Origin: Acidobacteriota bacterium
GTDB taxonomy: Bacteria; Acidobacteriota; Terriglobia; Terriglobales; Acidobacteriaceae
Assembly (NCBI GenBank): GCA_031296115.1
Contig: JARLGI010000076.1
Location: 2,806-66,805 of the forward strand
Length of the DNA stretch: 64,000 nucleotides
Direction: 5' to 3'
How positions within the stretch are numbered: the first letter of the stretch is position 1; the number at the start of each line of letters is the position of its first letter. Position numbers and translations under genes: made by a program. The notes beneath the pieces are model-generated. The model was not told the DNA's origin, made no database searches, and worked only from the letters and a program-made list of their open reading frames with translations. Below are positions 16,895 through 26,749 of the stretch, in pieces.

Positions 16895-19630
16895 CTAGCT
16901 TTTCACCGCTTCCAATTCGGCGAGCGCAGACTTGGCCTTCCGAATCAGCACTTCCACTTCAGCTTTCCGCTTCTTCAGCCCCTCGACCACGTGTGCCGGC
17001 GCTTTCGCCAGAAATCCTTCATTGTTCAGCTGAGCTGTGCCGCGGGCCAGTTCCTGCGTCAATTTCTCAAGCTCTTTGTTTAACCGCTCCCGCTCAGCCG
17101 CCACGTCGATCTTGCGTTCGTACACAACGCGAACATCGAACCGCGACGTGCTGCGCGCCCCCGCCGCGTTCGCCAACGACGACTCGACAAACTCTACGCT
17201 TTCGACATTCGCCAGCCGCTCTACCGCGCCGCGATTACGATCGATCAGCGCGCTCACGTCGTTATTGGCAAAAATCTCCACCGCCAACTTCTGTTTAGGC
17301 TCGACCTTCAACTCGGCGCGGATGTTGCGCACGCTGACGATCAGGTCCTGCAGGATTGCCATCTCGGTTTCGGCGGCTGCGTCAACTTGCGCCGGGTCGG
17401 CTTGTGGAAATGCCGCCAGAGCGATTGATTTCGCCGGGGGCAGGCCGTCGTACACCGCGTGCCAGAGTTCTTCCGTAATGAACGGCATGAACGGCGACAG
17501 CAGGCGCAGCGCGGCTTCGAAGACGCTGACCAGGTTCTCGTAGGCCGTGCGTGCGTGCTCGCGATCGGCGGCAGCGAGGCGCGGCTTGATCAGCTCCAGA
17601 TACCAGTCGCAATACTCGCCCCAGAAGAAGTGATAGACCACGTGCGCGGCCTCGTGGAAGCGATATGCGTCCATGGCCTCTTGAATCTGCTGCGCCACGC
17701 GATTGAAGCGCGAGAGAATCCAGCGATCGTCCAGCGTGTCGGCCTTGAAACCGAAAACACCCTTCGCCGCGAAATCGGTGGGGGCCGCCTGGAAATCCGC
17801 CAGCGACCACACGCCGGCTTCCTGCGCGCGGTCCACGTTCATGAACAGGAAGCGGGCGGCATTCCAGATTTTGTTGGCAAAGGCGCGATAGCTCTCCGTA
17901 CGGCTTTCGGAAAACGCGATGTCGGTACCCGGCGCGGCCATGGCGGCCAGCGTGAAGCGCACCGCGTCGGTGCCGTACTGCTCGATGATCTCGATGGGGT
18001 CCATCACGTTGCCCTTGGTCTTCGACATCTTCTGGCGCTCCGCGTCGCGCACCAGGGCATGGATGTACACGTTGCGGAACGGCACGTCGCCATTCTTGTG
18101 ACCGCGCATGAAGTGGCAGTTCATCATGATCATGCGCGCCACCCAGAAGAACAGGATGTCGAAGCCGGTGACTAGCAGCGTTGTGGGATAAAAGGCATCG
18201 AGCTCGGGCGTGCTTTCGGGCCAGCCCAGCGCGGAGCACGGCAACAAGCCGGAGGAGAACCACGTGTCGAGCACGTCGTTGTCCTGTTCGAGCTGATCGC
18301 TTCCGCACTTCGGACAACGAGCAGGCTCTTCGCGCGACACGGCGATCTGATTGCAATTCTGGCAATGCCATGCGGGGATGCGATGGCCCCACCACAACTG
18401 GCGCGAGATGCACCAGTCATGAATATTGCGCATCCACTCGAAGTACGTCTTGGTGTAGTTCTCCGGCGTGAACTTGATGTCGCCGTTCTCCACCACCTCG
18501 ATGGCCCGATCGGCCAGTGGCTGGATCTTCACGAACCACTGCGTCGAAAGCCGCGGCTCGACCACCGTTTTGCAGCGGCTGCACTTGCCCAGGGGAACCA
18601 CGTAATCTTTGGTGCCGACCAGGAAGCCGCCCGCTTCCAGGTCCGCCAGCACTTGTTGCCGCGCTTCGAAGCGGTCGAACCCCTTATAGGGCCCCGTGTT
18701 TTCGTTCATCTGCGCGACTTCGTTCATCACTTCAATCTGCGGCAGGTTGTTGCGCAGACCAGCCTCGAAGTCGTTGGGGTCGTGCGAGGGCGTGACCTTC
18801 ACTGCGCCAGTGCCGAACTCAGCATTGGTCAGGATGTCGTCGGTGATGATCGGTATTTCGCGGTCCAGCAGCGGCAAGAGGACGTTCTTGCCGTGCAGAT
18901 GCCGGTAGCGCTCATCGCCGGAGTTGACGGCCACTGCGGTGTCACCCAGCATGGTTTCCGGCCGCGTGGTCGCGACCACGATGTATTCGCCTTTCGAGCC
19001 GATCACCGGGTATCGGATTTCGTAGATTTTGCCCTGGGTATCCTCGTGCGCCACTTCGAGATCGGAAACGGCTGTGATGCAGCGCGGGCACCAATTCACG
19101 ATGTACTTGCCGCGATAGATCAGGCCTTTCTCGTACAACCGGACAAAGGCCTCACGCACCGCGCGCGACATGCGCTCGTCCATGGTGAAGTATTCGCGTG
19201 ACCAGTCCACCGAAGCGCCGAGGCGCTTCATCTGCTGCAGAATGACGCCGCCGTAGTGTTGTTTCCAGTCCCACACGCGGGCAATGAAGGCTTCGCGCCC
19301 CAGGTCGAGGCGGCCCTGGCCTTCGACCGCGAGCTGCCGCTCCACCATCAGTTGCGTAGCGATCCCGGCGTGATCGGTGCCGGGGAGCCAGAGCGTTGGG
19401 GTCCCCTGCATGCGCTTCCAGCGGATGAGGATGTCGATCTCGGTGTGCTCCAGCATGTGTCCCATGTGGAGGTTGCCGGTGACGTTGGGCGGCGGCAGGG
19501 TGACGGTAAACGCCTGCTGCGCCGGGTCGTGCGGCGTTTCCAAGTGGAACAATTTCTCGCGCACCCAGTATTCCGCCCAACGCGGCTCAATCAGGCTGGG
19601 GTCGTAGGCTTTGGGGAGATCATGCGGCAT
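16895..19630 (-). CDS. valS: valine--tRNA ligase
   Basis: 911 aa. PPPNVTGNLHMGHMLEH (HIGH) and KMSKTKGNV (KMSKS). C-terminal coiled coil. Confidence 0.97.
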   Translation of the reverse strand: MPHDLPKAYDPSLIEPRWAEYWVREKLFHLETPHDPAQQAFTVTLPPPNVTGNLHMGHMLEHTEIDILIRWKRMQGTPTLWLPGTDHAGIATQLMVERQLAVEGQGRLDLGREAFIARVWDWKQHYGGVILQQMKRLGASVDWSREYFTMDERMSRAVREAFVRLYEKGLIYRGKYIVNWCPRCITAVSDLEVAHEDTQGKIYEIRYPVIGSKGEYIVVATTRPETMLGDTAVAVNSGDERYRHLHGKNVLLPLLDREIPIITDDILTNAEFGTGAVKVTPSHDPNDFEAGLRNNLPQIEVMNEVAQMNENTGPYKGFDRFEARQQVLADLEAGGFLVGTKDYVVPLGKCSRCKTVVEPRLSTQWFVKIQPLADRAIEVVENGDIKFTPENYTKTYFEWMRNIHDWCISRQLWWGHRIPAWHCQNCNQIAVSREEPARCPKCGSDQLEQDNDVLDTWFSSGLLPCSALGWPESTPELDAFYPTTLLVTGFDILFFWVARMIMMNCHFMRGHKNGDVPFRNVYIHALVRDAERQKMSKTKGNVMDPIEIIEQYGTDAVRFTLAAMAAPGTDIAFSESRTESYRAFANKIWNAARFLFMNVDRAQEAGVWSLADFQAAPTDFAAKGVFGFKADTLDDRWILSRFNRVAQQIQEAMDAYRFHEAAHVVYHFFWGEYCDWYLELIKPRLAAADREHARTAYENLVSVFEAALRLLSPFMPFITEELWHAVYDGLPPAKSIALAAFPQADPAQVDAAAETEMAILQDLIVSVRNIRAELKVEPKQKLAVEIFANNDVSALIDRNRGAVERLANVESVEFVESSLANAAGARSTSRFDVRVVYERKIDVAAERERLNKELEKLTQELARGTAQLNNEGFLAKAPAHVVEGLKKRKAEVEVLIRKAKSALAELEAVKS

Positions 19631-19718
19631 AGGGGTCGTTTGAGCTAAGTACCGATATTACAAGGAAGAGCTGTGAGCCGTCAGCAGGACGCAGCAGCAG
19701 GGGCGCATCGTCCGCCTC

Positions 19719-19750
19719 AAAACAGCAAAAGGCGCAGCCGAAGCCGCGCC
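19719..19750 (-). terminator. rho-independent terminator after the bamD-like gene
   Basis: Minus strand: GGCGCGGC-ttcg-GCTGCGCC followed by TTTTGCTGTTTT. Confidence 0.65.
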
Positions 19751-19770
19751 TTGTCGAGAAACCTTTCCAG

Positions 19771-21345
19771 CTAGAAGATGCCCAGCACCTTCTTCTTCTT
19801 TTTCTTTGACGTGCTCTCAGTGTTGGCGTTTGCGGGAGGGGCTTGCGGGGCATCGCTGCTGCTGGCCGCCGGCGCGCTGCTGCTGCTCTTATCTGAGGAA
19901 GGTGCGGCATCGTTGACCTGCGTCGGCGGCAGCGGAGGAGCCGGCGACGTGCCATTGGCTGGCGCCAGGTCATTCTGCATCTCGGGGACGGCAGAATTGC
20001 TATTCGTGTTACCGTTTGCCGCAGAACCGCTTACTGGGCCGCCGGCCGGCGGAGTGGCATTCGCAGTCGTCCCGGGTGCGGCGTCAGAGCGGGGAATTGC
20101 CGCATTCGCCGCCGGGGTGCCGCTGGTCAAATGCTCCACTGTGACAGTATTCTTGCCGCCGCCACCGAGACTGCTTAGAACACTGGTGTTTGCCGCGCGC
20201 ACCATCTCGGGGGCGCTGGCCTGTTTCGGGTCCACTAACGTCGGTTCGCCCGTCTTGGTCGCCTCCATTACATCAGGGCCTTTGTGGAAGTTTTCCATCA
20301 ACTTGCCGAACGTACCCACGGAGCCGCGGCTGGCGATTTCGGCCTTGTTCTGGGCCACGGCTTCCGGCGTCGCCTTAGGAACCGGCTTCTTCATGGCTTC
20401 CAGCCGCTTCTTGGCATCTCCTGCGCGAGCCTCCAGCGGATAGCGAGTGAGTATCTTGCCGTAAGCGGCGGCCGCACCGTCGGTGTATTGCTTGATCAGC
20501 GTACCTTTCGCGGTTTCCGGCAGCATCGACTTCCGGATGATGTCGACTTCTCTCTCGTAGGCGTTGCCCAACTCAAACAGCGCCTCGTCCGCATCGCTGT
20601 ACAGCGGATAGGTGTCGACCACGGACTGGAAGCGTGCGATCGCTGCGGGATAGGTTTCGCGGAGGAAGTAGAAGTGCCCGATCATGTATTCCCGGCGGGC
20701 CAGTACCTCCTGAACCTCCAGCAGGCGCTGCTTGGCTTGCGGCACCAGCGGACTGTCAGGGAATTGCAGAATCAGCTGGCGATATTCGTCCTCCGCGCGC
20801 CGGGCATGGGTCGGGTCGCGGTCCGCCTTCTCCATCTCTTTGTAATGGATATTGGCGATCTTCATCTGCGCTTCTGACGCTTCGGTCATCTGCGGGAAGA
20901 AGGTGATGAAATCCTTGTATTCGCTTTCCGCCTGCGCCATGGCAGCAGTGCCGCCCTCTTCATACCAGGAATCGGCTACCGCCAGCTTGGCCCTCGCCAC
21001 GTACTCAGAATCTGGATAGGTATTAATCAGGGTCTGCAGGGTCAAGCGCGCCACGTCGTACTTGTGGTGCTCCATCGCGTCCATGGCGCGGTCATACAGC
21101 ACCTTGTCGGGCTGTTTGGAATCCACGTTGGCAATCGGGTTCTGCCCCTTCTTGCTCTTCTTTTGCTTCTTGCTGCTGGCAGGCTTTTGAGCCGGAGGAT
21201 TGCTCGGCGCCGGGGTCTGGCTACTAGCGGCTGCCGGCGCGGTGGTGCTCGCCGCCGGACTTTGCGTGTCACTTGTGGTCTGGGCGATGGAGCACAGCGA
21301 AACAACGGTCCCGGCCATGAACGATATAAATACGCGACGATACAT
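19771..21345 (-). CDS. bamD: BamD-like outer membrane assembly lipoprotein (TPR) with long low-complexity extensions
   Basis: ORF 19771..21381; ATG at 21345 (MYRRVFISFMAGTVVSLCS). Core ..LYDRAMDAMEHHKYDVARLTLQTLINTYPDSEYVARAKLAVADSWY..FPDSPLVPQAKQRL..TYPLYSDADEALFELGNAYE. The C-terminal ~190 aa are P/A/S/N-rich and end KKKKKKVLGIF. Confidence 0.78.
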   Translation of the reverse strand: MYRRVFISFMAGTVVSLCSIAQTTSDTQSPAASTTAPAAASSQTPAPSNPPAQKPASSKKQKKSKKGQNPIANVDSKQPDKVLYDRAMDAMEHHKYDVARLTLQTLINTYPDSEYVARAKLAVADSWYEEGGTAAMAQAESEYKDFITFFPQMTEASEAQMKIANIHYKEMEKADRDPTHARRAEDEYRQLILQFPDSPLVPQAKQRLLEVQEVLARREYMIGHFYFLRETYPAAIARFQSVVDTYPLYSDADEALFELGNAYEREVDIIRKSMLPETAKGTLIKQYTDGAAAAYGKILTRYPLEARAGDAKKRLEAMKKPVPKATPEAVAQNKAEIASRGSVGTFGKLMENFHKGPDVMEATKTGEPTLVDPKQASAPEMVRAANTSVLSSLGGGGKNTVTVEHLTSGTPAANAAIPRSDAAPGTTANATPPAGGPVSGSAANGNTNSNSAVPEMQNDLAPANGTSPAPPLPPTQVNDAAPSSDKSSSSAPAASSSDAPQAPPANANTESTSKKKKKKVLGIF

Positions 21346-21387
21346 CCTAAACACCTCTGGGATTACTGCCTTCCATGCCACACCACA

Positions 21388-22062
21388 CTAGGCTCGCTGC
21401 AGCGTGGCTTCGTTGGCCGCCCTGAGCAGCCCTTCCACCTTTCGCCCCGGATCGCCATGACCGAAGATGTGACTCCCGGCAACGAAGATCTCCGCTCCAG
21501 CGCGCACCGCGGGCCCGATGGTGTCCAGGTCGATACCACCATCCATCTCGATACGAAAGTCGACACCCTTGGCGGCGCGCATGGTGGCCAGCTTGCGAAC
21601 CTTTTCCAGCGCCCCCGGAATAAACCGCTGGCCGCCAAAGCCGGGATTGACCGACATGACCAGCACAACGTCCACGATGTCGAGCACTTCGCCAAGCGTC
21701 TGCACCGTGGTGGCCGGATTGATCGCCACTCCAACCCGCGCCCCATGGCTGCGAATCAACTCCAGGGTGCGATTCAGGTGGATACAAGCTTCCTGATGCA
21801 CAACGATCGAATTGGCGCCCGCCGCGACGAAGGCAGGGATGTATTCGTCAGCGTCCTCGATCATCAGGTGGCAGTCCAAGGGCACTTCCACGGCCTTGCG
21901 CAGCGACTTGACCACCGGCGGCCCAATCGTGATATTGGGCACGAAATGGCCGTCCATCACGTCCACATGCAGCAGGGTTGCGCCTCCTCGGATCGCGGCA
22001 TTGGCGTCTTCCGCCAAGCGGGCGAAATCGGCCGATAATATGGACGGCGCTATCTCGATCAA
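21388..22062 (-). CDS. rpe: ribulose-phosphate 3-epimerase
   Basis: ..IAPSILSADFARL..LLHVDVMDGHFVPNITIGPPVV..VMSVNPGFGGQRFI..MDGGI... TTG at 22062 gives (M)IEIAPSIL, 224 aa. The longer ORF to 22281 adds an atypical 73-aa extension. Confidence 0.92.
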   Translation of the reverse strand: MIEIAPSILSADFARLAEDANAAIRGGATLLHVDVMDGHFVPNITIGPPVVKSLRKAVEVPLDCHLMIEDADEYIPAFVAAGANSIVVHQEACIHLNRTLELIRSHGARVGVAINPATTVQTLGEVLDIVDVVLVMSVNPGFGGQRFIPGALEKVRKLATMRAAKGVDFRIEMDGGIDLDTIGPAVRAGAEIFVAGSHIFGHGDPGRKVEGLLRAANEATLQRA

Positions 22063-22303
22063 GACACACTTCTCTCGCCAGGTTTCTGGGGAAATTCTAG
22101 CACGCAGGGTGGGTCTGGTGGGCTGTCTGCGGCGTCGATCGAGGCACGTCGCAGCCCGAGCGCCGGGAGCGCTACCGCTAACCGTGGCAAGCCGTGCCTT
22201 CACGGTCCCGGGGTATCCAAAACTTAAGTAGAGATTTAACAGGCTTTTCGCCTTCCATGATTTATCATGTGCATACCCCATTAAAAGGAAACCTTCGTCC
22301 CGA

Positions 22304-23827
22304 ATGAGAGTCTTCCCCGGTTTGCGCCGCCGATTGGCTCCCGTAGCCCTACTCTTCTGTTCCGCCCTGTCCTTTGGCTGTGATGGCCTACCAGCCGGAC
22401 AAACGCTTTGGATCCGGCTGAGCTCTCCGGTTTCCTCTTACAGTTCGAAACCCGGCGACCCCGTTCACGCGGTGCTGATTGAAGCGATCACCTGCGAGAA
22501 CGAAACGATTTTGCCCATCGGCACCAGCATTGAAGGCACAGTCCACTCGGTCCGCAAGGTGGGTTGGGGCATCGAGCATGAAACCGCTGCTTTGGACCTG
22601 CGGTTCACCCGTGCTGTGGTCACGCCAGACTCGTCACTCGCAATGACCGCAACGGTCGCGGAAGTGGAGAACGCTCGCGAGCAGGTCTCCACAAAAGGCG
22701 TCATCCAGGGAATCCGCAGCAGCGATTCGCCGCAGGGCCGCATTAACAGCCGGCTGCGTCACCTGCCGACCTTGAACCCTTATTCCGACGTTGGCCTGAT
22801 CGCCTTCAAAGCCACGTTTCCCATCTTTCCAGAACCGGAGATTTATTTTCCGGCGGGCACCGATGTTCGCATCCGGCTGAAGGAGCCGATCCGGGCGCCG
22901 GCAGCAGCGGCCGTCCAACCGGTGGAGAGCGCCGTCGTGAGCAACGAAGAGTTGGACGTGGAGCGCGCCGTTTCTTCTCTGCCGGAGCGCTCGACAACTC
23001 CCGCGATGCTGAACGCCGACGTGGTCAACCTGGCGTTCGTCGGTTCGCGCCAGGAAGTTGAGGACACCTTTCGGCAGGCCGGTTGGAGCACCAGCGACAC
23101 GTTTACCAAGCGCTCGTTCATGCACGATTTTTATGCCTTCCTCAACAACAGCGGCTACGCGCAGGCGCCGATGCGACCGTTTCTGCTGGAAGGTAAATCG
23201 GAGGACATGAGCTGGCAGAAGAGCCTGAACAGCTATGCCCGCCGCGACCATCTGCGCATCTGGCAATGGTCGCAAGCGCCGCAGGTGGAAACCGCGGATG
23301 CCCGGACGATATGGCTCAGTTCCTCCACGCATGACACGGGCGCGACCCTCTCACTGCGCCGTCATCAGTTCATCCACCACATCGCGCCCGACATCGACGA
23401 GGAACGCAGCAAGATCATTCGCGACCTGCAGGTTGCCGGTTGCGTGGAATCCGTCCACATGGCGCCACGGCCGGGGATGTCCAACCTTACCCAGAACGCC
23501 AACGGCGACCCGGTGCGCACCGACGGCGACCTGGCGATCGTGCTGCTCAAGCCGTGCCAACCCGTCGTTCCCGGACTGGCCGCCAACACCGCGCAGACCA
23601 AATTTAAGGCGGGCAATCACGTGTTCCGCTATTTCCGCCGCCAGATCCTCACCTTCCGCAGCGACATCTGGCGCGCCAACATCATCTACGGCATCTACGA
23701 CCTTGGCCGGATGAGCGTTGAAGCGATGCGCCACCATCCGGTCCCGCCGCCGATGCAGCAGGCCAAAGCCTTCGTCAAGCCAGCCGAGACAGACCTGAAG
23801 CCAGCACAGATCGAAGGACAACCGTAG
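22304..23827 (+). CDS. LssY C-terminal domain-like secreted protein
   Basis: Signal-like N-terminus. C-terminal half ..VVNLAFVGSRQEVEDTFRQAGWSTSD..YAQAPMRPFLLEGKSEDMSWQKS..RDHLRIWQW..STHDTG.. resembles the LssY_C family, from memory. Confidence 0.65.
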   Translation: MRVFPGLRRRLAPVALLFCSALSFGCDGLPAGQTLWIRLSSPVSSYSSKPGDPVHAVLIEAITCENETILPIGTSIEGTVHSVRKVGWGIEHETAALDLRFTRAVVTPDSSLAMTATVAEVENAREQVSTKGVIQGIRSSDSPQGRINSRLRHLPTLNPYSDVGLIAFKATFPIFPEPEIYFPAGTDVRIRLKEPIRAPAAAAVQPVESAVVSNEELDVERAVSSLPERSTTPAMLNADVVNLAFVGSRQEVEDTFRQAGWSTSDTFTKRSFMHDFYAFLNNSGYAQAPMRPFLLEGKSEDMSWQKSLNSYARRDHLRIWQWSQAPQVETADARTIWLSSSTHDTGATLSLRRHQFIHHIAPDIDEERSKIIRDLQVAGCVESVHMAPRPGMSNLTQNANGDPVRTDGDLAIVLLKPCQPVVPGLAANTAQTKFKAGNHVFRYFRRQILTFRSDIWRANIIYGIYDLGRMSVEAMRHHPVPPPMQQAKAFVKPAETDLKPAQIEGQP

Positions 23828-23908
23828 GCCTGGGTGCGGCCAGGTGAAGACACGACAAGCCCGCGCCAGGAAACGAATGGAGGCAAAGGCTCGTGTGCCG
23901 CGGCGTCG

Positions 23909-24610
23909 CTAGGTGCGTGGCCCGGCGAGCAGTTCCGCCAGCCCGGCGATGTCTCGCACTTCCACATCAGGAGTGGTTGCCACCAGCTTCGTCGCGGCCG
24001 CTTTCCTGCCCTGCCGGCGATTCACCCACACCGTGGTAATCCCTAACGAATGAGCGGGTACCACATCGTGGTACGAACTTTCCGCGACGTGCAGCAGGCG
24101 GTCGCGAGAGACCGGGCATCGCCGCAGTAACGCCTCAAAGTTGTTGAGCGCGGGCTTGTAGCTGCGGACCTGCTGCGCGGTCACGACGGCGTCAAACGGC
24201 ACTTCCAGCTTGGGCGCGGTGTAGGCGAACAGATCGTCGTCAATGTTGGAGAGGATGGCGAGTTTGTAACGGGAATGGAGGCGCCTTAACCCCGCGACCG
24301 TGTCGGCGAACGGTTGCCAGTCGCGAATCGACTCAGCCAGTCCGTTGGCCTCGTCATCCGTGACCTGGAAATGCAGCTCGCGCGCGAAATCGCGGACCAA
24401 GCTGGCCAGTACCTCGCGATAACTGCGGTAGTGGCCGGCCTGCTCCTGCGGCTCGAACTCGGAATACAGGTTCAGGATTTCGGCATCGCTGGCGGTGCAA
24501 CCTCTGCTTTGCAGCAAAGGACGCAAGTAGCCGAGGATGCCGGTCTCCCAATCGATCAGGGTGCCGTAGCAGTCGAACGAGAGCCATTGATAGGGGGAGA
24601 AGTCGAACAT
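23909..24610 (-). CDS. HAD superfamily hydrolase, haloacid dehalogenase type II-like
   Basis: MFDFSPYQWLSFDCYGTLIDWETG (DxYGTL nucleophile motif) ..LAILSNIDD..SYKP..HVAESSYHD... Confidence 0.85.
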   Translation of the reverse strand: MFDFSPYQWLSFDCYGTLIDWETGILGYLRPLLQSRGCTASDAEILNLYSEFEPQEQAGHYRSYREVLASLVRDFARELHFQVTDDEANGLAESIRDWQPFADTVAGLRRLHSRYKLAILSNIDDDLFAYTAPKLEVPFDAVVTAQQVRSYKPALNNFEALLRRCPVSRDRLLHVAESSYHDVVPAHSLGITTVWVNRRQGRKAAATKLVATTPDVEVRDIAGLAELLAGPRT

Positions 24611-24633
24611 GGATTGCGCCGAAGCGAAGCCGG

Positions 24634-25794
24634 CTAATTTGCCTTGCCTTTAATCGGGGTTACCTTGTGCGCCGAGAACTTCCGTTCCAGCGCGTCCAAG
24701 GACGACGATGGCTGGCCGTCGTCAAGCGAAGTCTCGGGTCGTGCCTCAGACGAAGCTGTCGTTTCTTCCGGCGAGCTCGCGGCCTCCGTGGATTTCGGCG
24801 GCTCAACCACGAGTACCGCCGCCAGCCCCTTCTCCAGAAATTTCTTCGTGTTCAGCAGAGGCCGCGCCAGCGAGGTGTTGTAGCTGGTCCAGGCGCTCTC
24901 CATCTCCGACTCGCGCTCGAACTGCGCCCGCATGCTCTCCATCTTGGAGTCAAGGTCGTCGAGATAGTGCAGCATGAGCGCCTCGGGAAACATGGGCAGC
25001 TTGGGCGAGCCGAATTCGTACTGCCCGTGATGGCTGAGGATCATGTGCTCCAGCAGGATTTTCAGCTCGTCGGGAAATCCCGGCAGTTGCGCCAGCTTCT
25101 GATGCAGCATCTCCAGCTCAATAATCATGTGGCCCAGCAGCTGGCCCTTGGTGGTGTAGGCGATCGAGCGCTGATAGGTGAGCTCGTGGACCTTGCCAAT
25201 GTCGTGCAGAAAAGCGCCGGTCAGCAGCAGGTCGCGGTTTACCTGTGGATAATTGCGCGCCGCCAGATCGCACACCGTGAACAGCGAAACCACGTGATCG
25301 AGCAGGCCGCCGACAAACGCGTGGTGCAGCGTCTTGGCCGCGGGCGCGTTCTTGTAGGCGATGGCGATGGCATCGTCGGCCAGGAACTCCTTCACCAGCG
25401 ACTTCAGCCAGGGGTCCTGAAAGGTCTCGACAAAATCGCCCAACGTCCGCCAGAGTTGCTCAATGTCCTTGGTGGTCTTGGAAATGTAATCCGCGTAGTC
25501 GATTTCGCCTTCGCCCAGCCGACGGATCTTGTGAATGGTCAGCTGCCAGCGGCCGTTGTACTTGTGCACCATGCCCTTGATCTTGACGAAGTCGTCCTGC
25601 TCAAAGGCATCGAGCGCGTCGGCGACGTTGTCCCACATATTGGCCTGTATCTGGCCACTGCGGTCCGCGAGAGTCATGGAAAGGTAGAGATCGCCGTTCT
25701 TCTTCGACTTCACCTGCTTGTTGGCGACGACGAACAGCGAGGTGATGGTCTGGTTCTCCACCCGGGCACAATCGCAAATATAGAAATCCTTCAT
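24634..25794 (-). CDS. OB-fold plus HD-domain 3'-5' exoribonuclease, YhaM-like
   Basis: ORF 24634..25815; ATG at 25794 (MKDFYICD). OB fold ..KKNGDLYLSMTLADRSGQIQANMW..FVKIKGMVHKYNGRWQL. HD domain ..HHAFVGGLLDHV..GAFLHDIGKV..SHHGQYEFGSP... Confidence 0.8.
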   Translation of the reverse strand: MKDFYICDCARVENQTITSLFVVANKQVKSKKNGDLYLSMTLADRSGQIQANMWDNVADALDAFEQDDFVKIKGMVHKYNGRWQLTIHKIRRLGEGEIDYADYISKTTKDIEQLWRTLGDFVETFQDPWLKSLVKEFLADDAIAIAYKNAPAAKTLHHAFVGGLLDHVVSLFTVCDLAARNYPQVNRDLLLTGAFLHDIGKVHELTYQRSIAYTTKGQLLGHMIIELEMLHQKLAQLPGFPDELKILLEHMILSHHGQYEFGSPKLPMFPEALMLHYLDDLDSKMESMRAQFERESEMESAWTSYNTSLARPLLNTKKFLEKGLAAVLVVEPPKSTEAASSPEETTASSEARPETSLDDGQPSSSLDALERKFSAHKVTPIKGKAN

Positions 25795-26089
25795 AAGAAA
25801 CCACGAGCGGCGCATCAGGCGCGCGATGCTGCCGATCCTTCATGGTATACCCTTTGGCGTGTGCACCAACCCGTCGCGAGTGAGCACCTTAGTGCCTTAT
25901 AATAGAGCGCTCTTAGGCCAAAAACATGTGGCCTACGAGTGCCCTGCTGCTCAAGATTCCGTTCGTTCTGATGCTCTACCCGACAATTTCGGGAAGGCAT
26001 CGACGATGACGATTACGCCGCCGCCGCTGGGCATCGAGGTGCTGTCGTTAATCGGGCAGCCCGACACAGGATTGGAAGCCAGGCCATAG

Positions 26090-26624
26090 ACGCATCCCAG
26101 CGAAGCTGGAGTCTCTCCCGCCGGTTGGGCTCCCGGCGTTATCTACCCCAGCTCTTCGGTGAACGTGGTTTCGGCCGGCGGCACGCAGGTGAATCGCGGC
26201 AGCAGCGGCGCTTACACCAACCAGACCGCGTGGAGTTCCGGCGGCGGGGGCGCCAGCGCCCACGAGTCGCGCCCCTCCTTCCAGAATGCCATTCAAAGCA
26301 TCGTGGGCACCAAACGCGGCACGCCCGACCTGTCGTTTGACTCCAGTGGTGGCTCTCCGGTTGCGGTGTACAACTCGAATTGCTACGGCGGCTGGCTTCA
26401 GGTCTAAGGAACCAGTGTGGCTTCCCCAGCGCTGGCCGGAATCATCAACAGCGCGGGAAGCTTCAACACCAGCAGCAATGCGGAGAACACCCTCATCTAC
26501 AGCAACATGCGATACACCTCGTACTTCACCGACATCACGTCGCAGTTGCGGCACGCACAGCGCGGCCGCGGGCTGGGACTTCTGCACCGGCGTGGGAGTT
26601 GACCAGGGACTGGTCGGGAAGTAA
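26090..26624 (+). pseudogene. S53 (sedolisin/kumamolisin-type) serine peptidase, C-terminal remnant with a nonsense codon and a frameshift
   Basis: ..YPSSSVNVVSAGGTQV..AWSSGGGGAS..RGTPDLSFDSS..GGWLQV-TAA(26405)-GTSVASPALAGIINSAG..YFTDITS, then a frame change near 26547 to SCGTHSAAAGWDFCTGVGV..GK*. An additional TAG lies at 26087. No pro-domain or Glu/Asp catalytic region was seen upstream. Confidence 0.65.
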
Positions 26625-26644
26625 TCGTTCTTGATGTATTTGTG

Positions 26645-26675
26645 GCCCGCTTCGCCAGAGGCGGGGCTTTTTTGT
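26645..26675 (+). terminator. rho-independent terminator retained behind the S53 remnant
   Basis: CCCGC-ttcgccagag-GCGGG, then GC and TTTTTTG. Confidence 0.5.
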
Positions 26676-26749
26676 TTCTGTTGCTGATGTCTGAAACTTT
26701 CTGCCCCGCCAGCCGTATATACTCCTGACCATTTCCCGAAAGGACAACT

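Noticed and set aside
17382-18413. 343-aa minus-strand ORF in an alternative frame of valS
   Set aside because: It is an overlapping out-of-frame ORF inside a gene with HIGH and KMSKS motifs. Its R/A/G-rich composition marks it as an artefact.
19785-19815. CTT/CTTT-rich simple repeat
   Set aside because: It is the antisense of the coding lysine run (KKKKKK) at the C-terminus of the BamD-like protein, not an independent repeat.
21346-21381. Longer bamD start at 21381, and similar maximal starts for rpe (22281), trmFO (37083), GH3 (44468) and the esterase (48002)
   Set aside because: The ORF track extends to the most upstream ATG, GTG or TTG. Internal starts give proper signal peptides or canonical N-termini, often behind Shine-Dalgarno-like sequences.
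21064-22038. 324-aa plus-strand ORF
   Set aside because: It is antisense to the bamD-like and rpe genes.
24667-25902. 411-aa plus-strand ORF
   Set aside because: It is antisense to the YhaM-like OB/HD gene. It is R/L/Q/G-rich low-information sequence with no motifs.
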